Below, piece by piece: positions 63,699 through 64,000 of a DNA stretch of 64,000 nucleotides; position 1 is the stretch's first letter, and every line of letters begins with the position of its first letter. Made by a program: the position numbers and the translations under genes. Origin of the DNA: an uncultured Methanoregulaceae archaeon (GTDB taxonomy: Archaea; Halobacteriota; Methanomicrobia; Methanomicrobiales; Methanospirillaceae); NCBI GenBank assembly GCA_963841015.1, contig CAWJAX010000003.1, positions 160,001 through 224,000 on the forward strand. The letters are read 5' to 3'. The notes beneath the pieces are model-generated. The model did no database searches. It was not told the origin of the DNA and was given only the letters and a program-made list of their open reading frames with translations.

Positions 63699-64000
63699 AT
63701 CCTTATCTTTCCCGTGATTCTGATGTGAAATTGCGTTCGGAGAATCTTTGAACAATGGTATCACGATGATGGATGTCATCTTTCTGGTACTATGACGTCA
63801 ATTCATGTACCTATAAATTATGAGATCCGATTGTGTTTGTTCGTAGAACCGGAATGGACGTAAATTTAACTCTGGATTTAAATTATTGAAATTACCCGGC
63901 GGTCCCACGGTTTTACGATATACCTCAACTAACACTGCCATCATACCAACAACTAACAACCATGTTGATAGTCATGTTTTTGAAAAAGCAGGGTTCCATC

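Overview
Core-genome segment of a hydrogenotrophic methanogen, most likely Methanomicrobiales (Methanoregula-like). It holds the coenzyme F430 genes cfbA-E-D-B, marker protein 9/citG/DUF447, hypCAE, tRNA-Ser(TGA), RaSEA, cobD/cobY, cdrS-ftsZ2, albA, asd/dapAB, tandem ferredoxins, PCNA-priL, glyS-hef, one intact IS5-family element with an 8-bp target duplication, three REC-PAS histidine kinases, a GC-rich gyrBA pair and a NikR-linked Ni/Co ECF transporter. Several conserved genes carry single-base frameshifts that look like sequencing indels. Two things are not explained by standard annotation. (1) A six-gene operon at 59782-61836: a stand-alone CDC48/NSF-N-like domain fused to 11-mer amphipathic repeats, four coiled-coil proteins (two membrane-anchored, three sharing a Y-x-D-x(7)-EW[DE]L motif) and a FYVE-like 8-Cys zinc finger; it is a candidate membrane-remodelling or lipid/storage-body system. 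(2) An unannotated ~110-bp hairpin-bounded intergenic repeat present in at least 6, possibly 9, degenerate copies. All calls were made by eye from motifs; no database searches were run.
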